From NCBI GenBank assembly GCA_025059875.1, contig JANXCT010000002.1, positions 153,180-217,179 of the forward strand: DNA of 64,000 bases, in the 5' to 3' direction. A program made the translations under genes and the position numbers. A model generated the notes under the pieces. It worked only from the letters and a program-made list of their open reading frames with translations. It had not been told where the DNA came from and searched no databases. Of this stretch, positions 49,823-60,506 are shown piece by piece. Position 1 is the first letter of the stretch, and every line of letters begins with the position of its first letter. The DNA comes from Candidatus Kapaibacterium sp. GTDB lineage: Bacteria; Bacteroidota; Ignavibacteria; Kapaibacteriales; HRBIN21.

Positions 49823-51251
49823 CCGCTCGTTGTACTTGTTGGCCTGCAGCCGACCGTCGGTCTACACCAGCAGACGCAATCCCCTCTGCGATGCGCTCAC
49901 GCGCCTCAGGTGTCAGCAGACCGAGTTCCTTCCCCACGCGTTCGAACACTTCTAAGATGCGATCCAGGTGCTCGTCCTCGTGGGTTGCCATGTAGCTTGT
50001 CCGCATCATGCTCATCGTGGGAGGGACACCCGGAGGGATGAATGTGTTGACGTAGACGCCAGCATCGAAGAGCTTACGCCAGAAGAGCAGCGCTGTCTGG
50101 ACGTCCCCGACGATGACTGGTACGATAGCTGTCTGCCCGTCAAGGGTATGGAATCCTAGCTCCTTGAACCCCTGCCGCATCTTGTTGGCATTCCGGATGA
50201 GCTTGTCCACCAACTCGGGCTGCTCCTCTAAGATCTCCAATGCAGCTAATGCCGCAGCACATGAAGCCGGCGTCGGGCTAGCACTGAAGATGAGAGCCGC
50301 TGAGTGATGCTTCAGGTAGTTGATGACCCGCTCCGGACCCGCCACGAAGCCGCCGAGCGAAGCAAACGTCTTGGAGAACGTGCCCATCGTCAGGTCAGTC
50401 TGCTCCGTCAGCCCAAACATGCTCGCCGTCCCTCGTCCCCCCACGCCAATGACCCCAATAGCGTGGGCATCATCGATGAGGACACGAGCACCGTAGCGGT
50501 GAGCAATTTCTACAAGCCGTGGCAAATCCACGATTTCTCCCGTGACAGAGAAGACCCCGTCGGAGACCACTAACTTCGGAGCCGACTCCGGAAGGCCCGC
50601 TAAGATGCGCTCTAGATCCTCCATGTCGTTGTGGCGGTAGCGGATGAACTCCGCCCCCATGCCCCTGGCAATGAGAGCACCGGTGACGATAGAGGCATGG
50701 TTCTCGCGATCGCTGATGACGTAGTCCCCCTTCTGCACTAAGCCAGCAATTGTTCCCAGCGCTGTCTGGAAACCAGTGCTGAAGAGCAGGACTGCCTCGT
50801 AACCCAGGAAGCGCGCGAGTCGTTCTTCCAGCTCTACGTGGAGGTCCAGCGTGCCCGTTAGGTACCGCGATCCTGAGCAGCCGGTGCCATACTTACGGAT
50901 GGCCGCCATCGCGGCTTCCTTGACCTTGGGGTGAGTGGTCAATCCCAGGTAGTTGTTCGAACCCGCCATGATGACTTTGCGGCCCCCAACCGTCACTACA
51001 GGACCCTCGTTCTCCTGAATCGGGTGGAAGTAGGGATATAAGCCCATAGCTTTGACTTCGTCCGCACGCGTAAAGGCGTAGCACCGTTCGAACAGGTCCA
51101 CTTCTTCACCGTCTCTGTTGTAGTACTGTCCCGCGCAAGACGGGCACAAATATCTGAAAAAGTCAGCGGAGGCATCGCACGGGCCCAATTCACCGCTTGG
51201 AGACAGCAGCAGAGGTACGGAGGAAGAAGCGGAGGAGGAGGTCACGGCCAC
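49803..51251 (-). CDS. Alpha-oxoamine synthase family PLP enzyme (serine palmitoyltransferase / Cfa / KBL-like)
   Basis: GSNNYLGLT motif; PLP region ([10 protein letters not shown]...[13 protein letters not shown] with Schiff-base Lys). ~400-aa conserved core. The track ORF has a 60-70-aa Cys-containing N-terminal extension, so the true start may be internal. Followed by the SDR. Confidence 0.7.
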   Translation of the reverse strand: MAVTSSSASSSVPLLLSPSGELGPCDASADFFRYLCPSCAGQYYNRDGEEVDLFERCYAFTRADEVKAMGLYPYFHPIQENEGPVVTVGGRKVIMAGSNNYLGLTTHPKVKEAAMAAIRKYGTGCSGSRYLTGTLDLHVELEERLARFLGYEAVLLFSTGFQTALGTIAGLVQKGDYVISDRENHASIVTGALIARGMGAEFIRYRHNDMEDLERILAGLPESAPKLVVSDGVFSVTGEIVDLPRLVEIAHRYGARVLIDDAHAIGVIGVGGRGTASMFGLTEQTDLTMGTFSKTFASLGGFVAGPERVINYLKHHSAALIFSASPTPASCAAALAALEILEEQPELVDKLIRNANKMRQGFKELGFHTLDGQTAIVPVIVGDVQTALLFWRKLFDAGVYVNTFIPPGVPPTMSMMRTSYMATHEDEHLDRILEVFERVGKELGLLTPEARERIAEGIASAGVDRRSAAGQQVQRADANPPL

Positions 51252-51804
51252 GAGTTACACCAACTCGCGGACTCACGGCGATCTCTTCCGGAGATGGGGG
51301 CTCTGCTGGAGGCTGGATGAAGAGGGTATCGGAGCAGACAGAGCGGAAGTTATCGCAAAGATCAAAGCCAAACGCTAGCGCTAAGTTCGCAGGCCCGCGA
51401 CACAGTATCTCCTTGGAGACGTCCCCGCGGCGACGGCGCAACAGTGCTATCCCTGCAATGGGCTCAGCTGCCCGCAGCAGCACCGCTGCCCCACGCCCCG
51501 CCGGCTCTGTAACGATGTTCACACACCGGTGCCGCCCGTAGATAGCGTATACGTAGAGGATGCCTCCCGGTTGGAACATCGGCGCAGTCCGCCGGCTCCA
51601 TCCTCGAGCAGCATGGTTAGCGGGATCGCCCTCCGGAAGGTACGCTTCAATCTCTACCAGTCGCGCGGCACACCAGTCATGTTCCTCCCGCTTGACGAGG
51701 ACAGCCCCCAAGAGAGCACGAGCGACCTCTACCGTCGGGCGTTGAAAGAATTCGCATGGGAACGCCAGCGCCGGATTAGGTTCAAACGCTTCCGACAAGC
51801 TCAT
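51190..51804 (-). CDS. mpg: DNA-3-methyladenine glycosylase (Mpg/AAG family)
   Basis: MPG motifs ([48 protein letters not shown]). Start at the internal Met (MSLSEAF) chosen to avoid overlap with divergent dus; an alternative start is 51840. Confidence 0.7.
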   Translation of the reverse strand: MSLSEAFEPNPALAFPCEFFQRPTVEVARALLGAVLVKREEHDWCAARLVEIEAYLPEGDPANHAARGWSRRTAPMFQPGGILYVYAIYGRHRCVNIVTEPAGRGAAVLLRAAEPIAGIALLRRRRGDVSKEILCRGPANLALAFGFDLCDNFRSVCSDTLFIQPPAEPPSPEEIAVSPRVGVTRGRDLLLRFFLRTSAAVSKR

Positions 51805-51845
51805 GCGTCTTTTGCTGTCGGTGACTGCACTCTCTTCCATGGACG

Positions 51846-52895
51846 ATGCAGCGTCGGCAGGCTGTACTGCGTATCGGGTCCCTCGAGCTCCACAACGCCG
51901 TACTCCTAGCACCGATGGAGGACGTCACCGACAGCGCTTTCCGGCTCCTCTGTCGGCAGATGGGAGCGGACATTGTTTACACCGAGTTCGTCTCCTCCGA
52001 CGCCCTTGTCCGGAACGCGTGGAAGGCATACCAGAAAATCCAGCTCCACCCCGAAGAGCACCCGGTTGCAATCCAAATCTTCGGTGGAGACATCCCCACC
52101 GTCGTAGAAGCAGCCTGTAGGGCCGTCGCTGCCAATCCTGACTTCCTGGACCTCAACTGCGGCTGCTGGGTGCAGAATGTTGTTGCTCGGAACGCTGGGG
52201 CTGCCCTCCTGAAGGACCCGGACAGGATGGTCGCTATGGCAGCAGCAATGGTGCGGGCAGTCCCTCTCCCTGTAACGGTCAAGACCCGACTGGGATGGTC
52301 GCGGGACTCCATCAACATCGTGACGATTTCCCAACGCCTAGAGCAGGAAGCTGGCATTGCCTCACTCTGTGTCCACTGCCGAACCCGAGATCAAGGTCAT
52401 TCCGGACAGGCCGATTGGAGCTGGATCCCGCGGATAAAGGCTGTCGTCTCCATCCCCGTCATCCTCAACGGCGACGTCAAGACTCCAGAGGATGTCCTTC
52501 GAGCCTTCCGAGAGACAGGCTGCGACGCGGTCATGATTGGCCGGGCCGCCATTGGCAATCCTTTCATCTTCCGCCAGGCCAAGGAGTTCTTGGCAACAGG
52601 AACATACTCTCAGCCTACCCCAGTCGAGCGTATCCACGTCTGTCTCCAGCATCTGCGGACTGCAATTGCATCCAAAGGCGAAGAACGGGCCATCCGCGAT
52701 TTCCGCATCTTCTACGCTGGATATCTTCGTGGGCTTCCTCATTCGGCTGCTGTTCGGAACGAACTCATGCGGCTGACCACTTATGCCGCTGTGGAAGACA
52801 CCCTCTTAACATACGCCGAGCGCTTAGCGGAGCGCGATATCCTGGTAATTGCTCCTGACACAGCCGAAGAGTCCTGCCTCTCATGTGTGTCGTAG
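51846..52895 (+). CDS. dusB: tRNA-dihydrouridine synthase (DusB-like)
   Basis: LAPMEDVTD N-terminal motif, TIM-barrel FMN-binding motifs, catalytic Cys (CGCW), C-terminal helical domain. Confidence 0.8.
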   Translation: MQRRQAVLRIGSLELHNAVLLAPMEDVTDSAFRLLCRQMGADIVYTEFVSSDALVRNAWKAYQKIQLHPEEHPVAIQIFGGDIPTVVEAACRAVAANPDFLDLNCGCWVQNVVARNAGAALLKDPDRMVAMAAAMVRAVPLPVTVKTRLGWSRDSINIVTISQRLEQEAGIASLCVHCRTRDQGHSGQADWSWIPRIKAVVSIPVILNGDVKTPEDVLRAFRETGCDAVMIGRAAIGNPFIFRQAKEFLATGTYSQPTPVERIHVCLQHLRTAIASKGEERAIRDFRIFYAGYLRGLPHSAAVRNELMRLTTYAAVEDTLLTYAERLAERDILVIAPDTAEESCLSCVS

Positions 52896-54304
52896 AGGAG
52901 GTCCAACGCCACGTCTCCGAACGCTTTACCGAACTTGGGGTCCAGCCTGGAAGCCGGCTCCTCTGTGCCGTCAGCGGAGGGGTGGACTCTATCGTGCTGT
53001 TGGACGTCGCCGAAGCAGTAGCTCCGCAGCTTGGTCTTACTCTTGGGATTGCCCACGCAGACCATGGCCTTCGTGGGGATGAATCCCGTCATGATGCTCT
53101 CTTCGTCCAGACTCTCGCCAACGAGCGTAGGTTGCCAGTGTTCATAGAGTCCATCCCCGTCCAGCAGTATGCACGCCGTCACCGCTGTGGCATCGAAGAG
53201 GCTGCCCGGCAGCTCCGCTACGAGTTTCTCCAGCGCTGCGCCATCACCTTTGGAGCAACTCACGTAGCCACAGCACATACTGCTGATGACAATGCCGAGA
53301 CAGTACTCCTCCACCTGCTCCGAGGAACCGGGTTAGAAGGCCTCGCCGGCATTCCTCCTCGGCGGGAGCTCTTCCCTGGATGCTGGCTCATCCGCCCACT
53401 CCTGCAGCTCCGCAAGAGCGTCCTAACTGCATACGCACGGGCCCGAGGGCTCAGTTGGCGTGAAGATTCCAGCAACCGCGACCGCCGTTTCCGGCGCAAC
53501 CGAATTCGCTGGGAACTCTTGCCCACGGCCGAGCAGATCGTGCCCAAGGGCGTGGAGAACATCAACCGCTGCAGTACGCTCATTCGGCGTGCCGTAGAGG
53601 GGATTGGCCAACTCTTGGAACCACTCCTCCTGCGCTCTACACTCCCCGATGGAGGCTTCTTCTTTCCTGACACCGAATGGGACGCCCTCCCTACCTTCTT
53701 CCGCGGCGAGCTCCTCCGCCGTGCCCTGCAACGGTTAGGTCACCCCTACAGTCCCCCAGCACACCGCATAGAGGCTGCCCTTGCCCTGAGAACTGCTACG
53801 ACTGGCAAACGGTGCTCGTTAGCGCCGGCAACTATGCTCATCCGAGAGCATTCGGGCCTGAGTCTGGTTCAGCTCCCGCCGCCCTGGCCCGAGCTTACCG
53901 TAGAACCCCAAGGAGTGGTTCGCTTCGGCAGTTGGGAGCTGGAGTTCCAACACATCAGCATCGGTGACTTCCAGACGACCGAGGACCCATGGGTTGAGTA
54001 CATGGATGCTGACTGGCTCCCACCACGACTACAGTGGCGTGCGCCGAAGTCTGGCGACCGCTTCCATCCCCTGGGAATGCCAAAAGCGATGAAGCTGGGA
54101 GATTTCCTCACCAACCAGCGTCTTCCCCACTGGCGTCGGCTCTCATTGACGGTCTTGGCCGACGGCCACCGCATCCTCTGGGTCTGCGGTGTCCGCTTGA
54201 GCGAAGACGTCAAAATCACCTCAACGACTCGTCGGGTCATCCGAGTCCGCCTCCGCCGTGTTGGACCAACAATTGCTGAGGACGATGCCACCAGAGACCA
54301 TTGA
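52883..54304 (+). CDS. tilS: tRNA(Ile)-lysidine synthetase
   Basis: PP-loop SGGVDS and the HADHGLR motif; C-terminal TilS substrate domain. Upstream of hpt and ftsH (conserved tilS-hpt-ftsH order). Confidence 0.8.
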   Translation: MCVVEEVQRHVSERFTELGVQPGSRLLCAVSGGVDSIVLLDVAEAVAPQLGLTLGIAHADHGLRGDESRHDALFVQTLANERRLPVFIESIPVQQYARRHRCGIEEAARQLRYEFLQRCAITFGATHVATAHTADDNAETVLLHLLRGTGLEGLAGIPPRRELFPGCWLIRPLLQLRKSVLTAYARARGLSWREDSSNRDRRFRRNRIRWELLPTAEQIVPKGVENINRCSTLIRRAVEGIGQLLEPLLLRSTLPDGGFFFPDTEWDALPTFFRGELLRRALQRLGHPYSPPAHRIEAALALRTATTGKRCSLAPATMLIREHSGLSLVQLPPPWPELTVEPQGVVRFGSWELEFQHISIGDFQTTEDPWVEYMDADWLPPRLQWRAPKSGDRFHPLGMPKAMKLGDFLTNQRLPHWRRLSLTVLADGHRILWVCGVRLSEDVKITSTTRRVIRVRLRRVGPTIAEDDATRDH

Positions 54305-54833
54305 GCTCCACGGCCATCGCTTCCGTCTCTTCCTGCACCGTGAGAAGATCGCAGAAATTGTCCGCCAGTTGGCCACCCAGATTGAGCGCGATTATGCAGG
54401 CAGGGCGCCTGTGTGCTTGATTGTCCTCAAAGGGGCCTTCATCTTCGCTGCCGATCTCCTCCGGTGCCTGTCCTTGCCTTGCACTGTAGAGACCATTCGC
54501 GCACGCAGCTACGGAATGGGAATGACCTCCTCAGGCTCTGTGCAGATTGATCCACCCACAGTAGAGCTCCGTGGCAAGGATGTGCTCCTCCTGGAGGACA
54601 TCGTTGACACGGGGTTGACTCTCCAAGCTCTGGTTGACTTCATTGAAGAGCAGCAGCCCGCATCGCTGCGGATCGCTACGCTCTTGGCAAAGCCGCCAGC
54701 TCGGGCACTCGCTGTACCTTTAGCATACATCGGCAAGGACATCCCGCCAGTCTTCGTCGTCGGCTATGGGATGGACTACGCCGAAGCAGGGCGTGGGTTA
54801 GCAGATATCTATGCTGCCGTTGACGCTTCATAG
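54285..54833 (+). CDS. hpt: Hypoxanthine phosphoribosyltransferase
   Basis: PRT motif (VLLLEDIVDTGLTL), KGAFIFAADL region. Start at MPPETIE (the track ORF begins 27 nt earlier, overlapping tilS). Confidence 0.85.
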   Translation: MPPETIELHGHRFRLFLHREKIAEIVRQLATQIERDYAGRAPVCLIVLKGAFIFAADLLRCLSLPCTVETIRARSYGMGMTSSGSVQIDPPTVELRGKDVLLLEDIVDTGLTLQALVDFIEEQQPASLRIATLLAKPPARALAVPLAYIGKDIPPVFVVGYGMDYAEAGRGLADIYAAVDAS

Positions 54834-54878
54834 AGCTCTACACGTTGCAGAGCAATCCCTACCGTAGACGTACGTCCT

Positions 54879-57503
54879 TTGAGACAGTCCACCAATAGGG
54901 CAAGGTTCTGTCAGCTCATGCAGCAACCGACACGCCCACCACAGCCCCCGACTGGTGGCCAGCAACCGCCGTTCGGACGCCTCCTTCGAGCCGTCTTTGG
55001 CTGGATGCTTCTGCTGATGGGCATCCTGATGGTCTACGTGCTACTCCGTGGCACTGACCGGCCGGAGTGGCCCGTGACCTACACGGAGTACCGACAACTG
55101 CTGGAAGAGGGAAAGATTGCCTCGGCCACAGTCGTCAAGTCTCGCTTCAACGATTACGAGTTCCGTGGTGTTCTCAAGGAGCCCATCACGCTCATCCGCG
55201 ATGGTCGTCCCCGTAAGGTCCAGTACATCGTTACACGGCTCGGCTTCCTTGATGCCGAAACGGAGAAGCTCTGGGCTGAGAAGGGGATTACGTGGACCTA
55301 TGAGTCGGGTGACAACCCGTGGTGGGACAGCCTGATTTCCGTCCTACCGTGGGTGGCCCTCATCGCGATCTACTTCCTCCTGCTACAGCGCATGCAGGTC
55401 GGCACGACCCGCAACATCTTCTCCTTCGGCAAGGCACGGGTACGCCTCCACGATCCTTCCCAACCTCGCGTCACCTTTGACGACGTAGCCGGAGCTGAGG
55501 AGGCAAAGGAAGAGCTCCGCGAAATCATTGACTTCCTGCGCAACCCAGAGCGTTTCCGGAGCCTGGGGGCAAAGGTACCCAAGGGTGTGCTCCTGGTAGG
55601 CCCTCCGGGCACTGGGAAGACTCTCTTAGCCCGCGCCGTGGCTGGAGAGGCAGGGGTACCGTTCTTCTCAATCTCGGGCGCCGACTTCGTTGAGATGTTC
55701 GTTGGCGTTGGAGCAGCTCGGGTACGCGACCTCTTTGAGCAGGCCAAGCGCCATGCCCCTTGCATCATCTTCATTGACGAGCTGGACGCTGTAGGCCGCC
55801 AGCGGGGTGCTGGGTTGGGCGGTGGCCACGACGAACGGGAGCAGACCCTGAACCAGCTCCTCGTGGAGATGGACGGATTCGAGCAGAACAGTGGGATTGT
55901 GGTCATCGCTGCGACGAACCGACCGGACATCCTCGATCCCGCGCTCCTACGTCCCGGACGCTTCGATCGGCGTATCGTTGTTGACCTCCCGGACGTTCGA
56001 GGACGGGAACAAATCCTGCGAGTCCACGCCCGCCGTATCCCATTGGCGCCTGATGTAGACTTAGCAAAGCTGGCTAAGGGCACCCCAGGCTTCTCGGGGG
56101 CAGACTTGGCGAACCTCATCAATGAAGCAGCACTCCTTGCAGCCCGCCGTAACAGCCGTTACGTTACGATGCGCGACCTAGAGGATGCCAAGGACAAAAT
56201 CCTCATGGGGATAGAGCGCCGCAGCATTGTGCTCTCCGAGGAGGAGCGGCGTGTGACAGCCTACCACGAGGCCGGACATGCCCTCGTTGCCAAACTCTTA
56301 CCGAACGCAGACCCCATCCACAAGGTCACCATTATTCCCCGAGGACGCGCGCTCGGCGTGACAGCACAACTCCCCGAAGAGGATCGCTATACGCTCACGA
56401 AAGAGTACATCGAAGACCGCATCGTCACCGTCCTCGGCGGGCGAGCAGCCGAGAAAGTCATCTTCGGCCGCCTCACCACAGGTGCAGCGAACGACTTAGA
56501 ACAGGCCACCCGCCTTGCCCGCAAGATGGTCTGTGAGTGGGGAATGAGCGAAGTGCTGGGCCCCGTTGCTTTCAGCAACCGGCACGAGGAGGTCTTTCTG
56601 GGGAGGGAGATTGTACAGCCACGCGAGTACAGCGAAGAGACGGCCCGCCTGATTGATGCTGAAGTCCGACGTATCATCACGGAAGCCCTAGAGAAAGCCG
56701 AGCGCCTCCTACGCGACAACATCGAAGCGCTCCACAAGATTGCACATGCTCTGTTGGAACACGAAACCCTCACTGGTGAGGACATCGACCACATCCTCCA
56801 AGAGGTCGGAGTCCCTACAGCGCTATCCGACCAAAGCTCGCCTACACCAGAGCCCCAATCCTCCGATGGTCTACTTAACGGCCATCTCGCCCAAATTGGC
56901 ACCTGGAAACTCCCAGAGGACACAGAACTTTCCGCATCGGAGCTGCAGAACCTTGCAGAGCAGCTTGCCCACCGCATAGGCTCCCCTAGTGCCGTGGCAC
57001 TCCTCCGAAGCATGCAGCATGACCTATCGCCGCTAGAGCTGTGCAACTTGGAGCCTTCGGCAGAGGAACTCCCGACAGTCGTCCAGCGACTTGCTGAGCT
57101 CGGCGGCTACGGCAGCGCAGAGCAAGCAGCAATTTCTTTTGCGCTTCCCCTTCGCGATGGTCACATCCCAACGGAGCTCTGGCGTCAGCTCCACGAGCGC
57201 CTGCGAGAGCAAGTGCTGCGCTCATTCTGGTTTGGTGCTGTCAAACGCCTCCACGAGCAGTGGCTATCCACCTCTGAGCGAAACACGAGGATGTCGCTGC
57301 CAGAACTCCAAGAAGCAGTCCGCAACCTCAGCCGTTGGCTCGGCTACCGCAGTGCAGAAGAGGCAGCTCAACAGCTTGGAATCCCTTTAGACTCTACCGC
57401 CAGCAGTTGGCGCCGACTGCTCTCGGCAATGGAGCAGCAGCTACGCGACCGACTTGCACACCATCGCCGCGGCGCTAACCCTCCTGCAGAATCCCCCTCC
57501 TGA
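54879..57503 (+). CDS. ftsH: ATP-dependent zinc metalloprotease FtsH with ~220-aa C-terminal extension carrying three tandem repeats
   Basis: Two N-terminal TM helices. Walker A (GPPGTGKT), Walker B (IIFIDELDA), SRH ([19 protein letters not shown]), HEAGH zinc motif. Extension beyond ~aa 650 with three ~40-aa repeats. Confidence 0.9.
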   Translation: MRQSTNRARFCQLMQQPTRPPQPPTGGQQPPFGRLLRAVFGWMLLLMGILMVYVLLRGTDRPEWPVTYTEYRQLLEEGKIASATVVKSRFNDYEFRGVLKEPITLIRDGRPRKVQYIVTRLGFLDAETEKLWAEKGITWTYESGDNPWWDSLISVLPWVALIAIYFLLLQRMQVGTTRNIFSFGKARVRLHDPSQPRVTFDDVAGAEEAKEELREIIDFLRNPERFRSLGAKVPKGVLLVGPPGTGKTLLARAVAGEAGVPFFSISGADFVEMFVGVGAARVRDLFEQAKRHAPCIIFIDELDAVGRQRGAGLGGGHDEREQTLNQLLVEMDGFEQNSGIVVIAATNRPDILDPALLRPGRFDRRIVVDLPDVRGREQILRVHARRIPLAPDVDLAKLAKGTPGFSGADLANLINEAALLAARRNSRYVTMRDLEDAKDKILMGIERRSIVLSEEERRVTAYHEAGHALVAKLLPNADPIHKVTIIPRGRALGVTAQLPEEDRYTLTKEYIEDRIVTVLGGRAAEKVIFGRLTTGAANDLEQATRLARKMVCEWGMSEVLGPVAFSNRHEEVFLGREIVQPREYSEETARLIDAEVRRIITEALEKAERLLRDNIEALHKIAHALLEHETLTGEDIDHILQEVGVPTALSDQSSPTPEPQSSDGLLNGHLAQIGTWKLPEDTELSASELQNLAEQLAHRIGSPSAVALLRSMQHDLSPLELCNLEPSAEELPTVVQRLAELGGYGSAEQAAISFALPLRDGHIPTELWRQLHERLREQVLRSFWFGAVKRLHEQWLSTSERNTRMSLPELQEAVRNLSRWLGYRSAEEAAQQLGIPLDSTASSWRRLLSAMEQQLRDRLAHHRRGANPPAESPS

Positions 57504-57509
57504 GACCCT

Positions 57510-58550
57510 ATGGAATGGCAGCGGGAAGCCCCTCTGGAGGGTTGGAACAGCTTCCGCGTCCCTGCAACAGCCGCATACAGAGTTTGCTGCCGTCACCCCG
57601 AGGAATTGGAGCGGCTCGGTCAATACGTACCCTTGCAAGAGCTTTCGCTGTTCGTGCTCGGGAAGGGCACGAATGTTCTCTTCGTGGAGGACTTCCCCGG
57701 CATCGTCTGCCAGGTGGAATTTCGGGGCATCCGCTGCCTCGAGGATGACGGTGATACCGTCTGCGTGGAAGTGGCTGCTGGCGAACCGTGGCACGACTTC
57801 GTCGCCTACTGCCTGCAGCAGGGATGGTACGGGGTGGAGAACCTAGCCCTCATCCCAGGTACCGTAGGAGCCGCTCCAGTCCATAACATCGGTGCCTATG
57901 GCGTAGAGGTCGCCGAAGTACTCGAGGGAGTCCAAGTGTGGGACGTGGCAGCGGGCGATTATCGGTGGCTCCCTGCTCATCAGCTCGGCTTGCGGTACCG
58001 TGGTAGTGTTCTCCGTGACTCCTTGCTCGGCCGCGTCGTGATCACCCACGTTCGCTTCCGATTGCACAGAAGACCTACCCCTCGGTACGAGTACGCCGAA
58101 CTTCAACAGTTCCTCCGAACCCACCAAATCCCCAATCCCACGCCGCACGACATCTTCCGAGCCATCTGCCAGCTACGGCAACGGAAGCTGCCCGACCCTG
58201 CTGTCTTCCCGAACGCGGGTAGCTTCTTCAAGAACCCACAGCTCTCTGCTGAGCAGGCCGAAGAGCTGCGAACCCGCTTTCCGACAGTTCCACTCTTCCA
58301 GAATCCCGACGGAAGCTACAAAGTACCAGCAGGCTGGCTCATTGAACAGTGTGGCTGGAAAGGAAAGCGATGCGGCCCAGTCGGCACCTGGGTCTCGCAT
58401 GCTCTCGTTGTAGTTGCCTATAGTCCAGCAACAGGTGCTGACATTCTACACTTCGCAACCCTCCTCTGGCGCTCTGTCTACGAGCGTTTCGGGATCGCGC
58501 TGGAGCCAGAAGTCCTGATCGTCCCACCAACGGCTTGGCAGCCTTCGTAG
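57510..58550 (+). CDS. murB: UDP-N-acetylenolpyruvoylglucosamine reductase
   Basis: FAD-binding domain (GKGTNVLF), LIPGTVGAAPVHNIGAYG, C-terminal MurB domain. 346 aa. Confidence 0.85.
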   Translation: MEWQREAPLEGWNSFRVPATAAYRVCCRHPEELERLGQYVPLQELSLFVLGKGTNVLFVEDFPGIVCQVEFRGIRCLEDDGDTVCVEVAAGEPWHDFVAYCLQQGWYGVENLALIPGTVGAAPVHNIGAYGVEVAEVLEGVQVWDVAAGDYRWLPAHQLGLRYRGSVLRDSLLGRVVITHVRFRLHRRPTPRYEYAELQQFLRTHQIPNPTPHDIFRAICQLRQRKLPDPAVFPNAGSFFKNPQLSAEQAEELRTRFPTVPLFQNPDGSYKVPAGWLIEQCGWKGKRCGPVGTWVSHALVVVAYSPATGADILHFATLLWRSVYERFGIALEPEVLIVPPTAWQPS

Positions 58551-58553
58551 CCC

Positions 58554-59243
58554 CTAGCCAGCTCCCTGCTCCTGCCTACTCCCCGTGTACCCAACGATGC
58601 TGGAGTACTCCTCCGGAACTTCCACCGAGGGGAACGGCCTATCCGTTATCGGAGCTGCCATCTCGGGTGAAGGGGGACGCAGCCCATGCTGCACCATCCA
58701 GTAGTAGGCTGCTTCTAGGACCCCGTTGACGAACTGCCCGCTGTGGGCTGTGGAGTACTTCTTCGCCAGTTCCACGGCCTCGTCAATGACAACGGGAACC
58801 GGCATCTGAGGGAAGGCCAACATCTCAGCAATACCCAACTGGAGGATGAGCCGGTCGATCGGCACCAATCGCCCAACATCCCAATTCTGCAAGACTTGAC
58901 GTAGAATACTCGTGCCCAGTTCCAACGATTGCTCTGCCGCCTGCAGGAGCCGCCGAGCAAACTCTACGTCCTTCTCCTCCCATCGAATGGGCGTATCAGC
59001 CTCCAGCTCCTGCACCTCCTCTACGCTCAGCAATGGGCGATCAGGGGTAGGAACATCCACGGTGAAATCCCGATAGAAGATGTGCTCGAAGACAGTCTGC
59101 CAGGGTACCTGCGCGCCGACGGCAGCAGCAAAGACCTGCAAGACTTTCTCTCTCGCCATCCTTCGAGTTCCCCGACAAACGCGTGTGCGTCGCAGTGGGA
59201 ACAACGCTTGCTCAACCGCCTGCGTTTTCCGCCCCCTCCCCAT
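58554..59243 (-). CDS. nusB: Transcription antitermination factor NusB (with C-terminal extension)
   Basis: AREKVLQVF...NusB helical pattern, RLILQLGIAEML, EAVELAKKY. Start uncertain (Met at 59243 vs 59159). Confidence 0.6.
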   Translation of the reverse strand: MGRGRKTQAVEQALFPLRRTRVCRGTRRMAREKVLQVFAAAVGAQVPWQTVFEHIFYRDFTVDVPTPDRPLLSVEEVQELEADTPIRWEEKDVEFARRLLQAAEQSLELGTSILRQVLQNWDVGRLVPIDRLILQLGIAEMLAFPQMPVPVVIDEAVELAKKYSTAHSGQFVNGVLEAAYYWMVQHGLRPPSPEMAAPITDRPFPSVEVPEEYSSIVGYTGSRQEQGAG

Positions 59244-59248
59244 AGGTA

Positions 59249-60337
59249 TCAAGCGCAGCACGACTCTCGGGAACGTACTGCATTGAGAGCACGGAGCGCT
59301 CTCACAGCAGCAATTCGCTCCTCGGCTATCCTGGCTGCTGCTTCCGTGGGCAGGATATTCTGCTCTTGAGCCATCCGGAAGACCCGTAAGAGGGTATCGT
59401 AAATCCCGGCAGCCTGTGCCAGAACACGCTTGCGATCGTAGTTTCCCGTCAGCTCTGCTGCCACGTTCATCAGGCCCCCCGCATTGATGACATAATCCGG
59501 GGCATACAGGATGCCACGCTCATGGAGCCGCTGAGCATCCGCAGACTCATCAGCCAAGGGATTGTTGGCTCCCCCCGCCACGATCGCGCACCGCAAGCGT
59601 GGGATCGAAGCGGAGTTCAGCACGCCTCCCAGCGCGTTCGGCGAGAAGATATCGCACGGTAGATCGTAGATCTCCTCTGCCCCGACCGGAGTCCCCCCTA
59701 TCTCATCGCAGAGCCGACGTGCCTTCTCCGGGTAGATGTCCGCAACGAAGACTTGAGCCCCTTCACGCACCAAGTACTCCACCAAGTGGCGTGCTACATT
59801 CCCTGCGCCCTGGACTGCAATCGTTCGATTGGCCAGCGTGTCCGAGCCGAAGACAACCTTAGCGCAAGCCTTCATTCCGTAGTAGACACCGTGCGCGGTC
59901 ACCGGCGAAGGATCCCCGCTCTTACCCAACACCCCCGTAACGTAGCGCGTTTCCATCCGTATCCATTCCATGTCAGCCACGGTGGTGCCGACATCCTCAG
60001 CAGTGATGTAGCGCCCACCCAACGACTCGACAAAGCGGCCGAAGGCACGAAAGAGGGCTTCGGTCTTCTGCGTGCGGTGGTCTCCCAGGATGACAGCCTT
60101 TCCTCCTCCGAGATTCAGCCCAGCAACAGCTGCTTTGTAGGTCATAGCCCGAGAGAGACGCAGTACATCCTGAAGTGCCTCCTCTTCGCTTGCGTACGGC
60201 CACATCCGTACACCACCTAACGCTGGCCCCAGCGTTGTGTCATGGATCGCAATGATAGCTCGCAGCCGTACCGTGGGTTCCCAACAGAAGATGACCTGCT
60301 CGTGCCCCTCAGCGGCTAATGTATCAAAGAGTGCCAT
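59249..60337 (-). CDS. ldh: Leucine/valine dehydrogenase (Glu/Leu/Phe/Val dehydrogenase family)
   Basis: GGVRMWPY...catalytic Lys region (KAAVAGLNLGGGKAVI), Rossmann GAGNVARHL. Start at MALFDTL. Confidence 0.8.
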   Translation of the reverse strand: MALFDTLAAEGHEQVIFCWEPTVRLRAIIAIHDTTLGPALGGVRMWPYASEEEALQDVLRLSRAMTYKAAVAGLNLGGGKAVILGDHRTQKTEALFRAFGRFVESLGGRYITAEDVGTTVADMEWIRMETRYVTGVLGKSGDPSPVTAHGVYYGMKACAKVVFGSDTLANRTIAVQGAGNVARHLVEYLVREGAQVFVADIYPEKARRLCDEIGGTPVGAEEIYDLPCDIFSPNALGGVLNSASIPRLRCAIVAGGANNPLADESADAQRLHERGILYAPDYVINAGGLMNVAAELTGNYDRKRVLAQAAGIYDTLLRVFRMAQEQNILPTEAAARIAEERIAAVRALRALNAVRSRESCCA

Positions 60338-60506
60338 CGCCCCTTGAGTCGCTGCAGACACTACGCCAACGACGGCGGCAAAATTAGGACAAAGCACCAC
60401 TTGCCATCTGGCATACGTACCACACTAACCCCTCAGGAGCGTCGTCCCGACCGCCGGCAATCGAGCATCTCGAGGGAGGTAGCCCCCTTGACCTTGCGCA
60501 GCGAAG

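Noticed and set aside
55370-56122. 250-aa minus-strand ORF
   Set aside because: Antisense to the AAA+ domain of ftsH; Arg/Ser/Pro-rich.
56387-57046. 219-aa minus-strand ORF inside ftsH
   Set aside because: Fully antisense to ftsH; Ser/Arg-rich with no recognisable domain.
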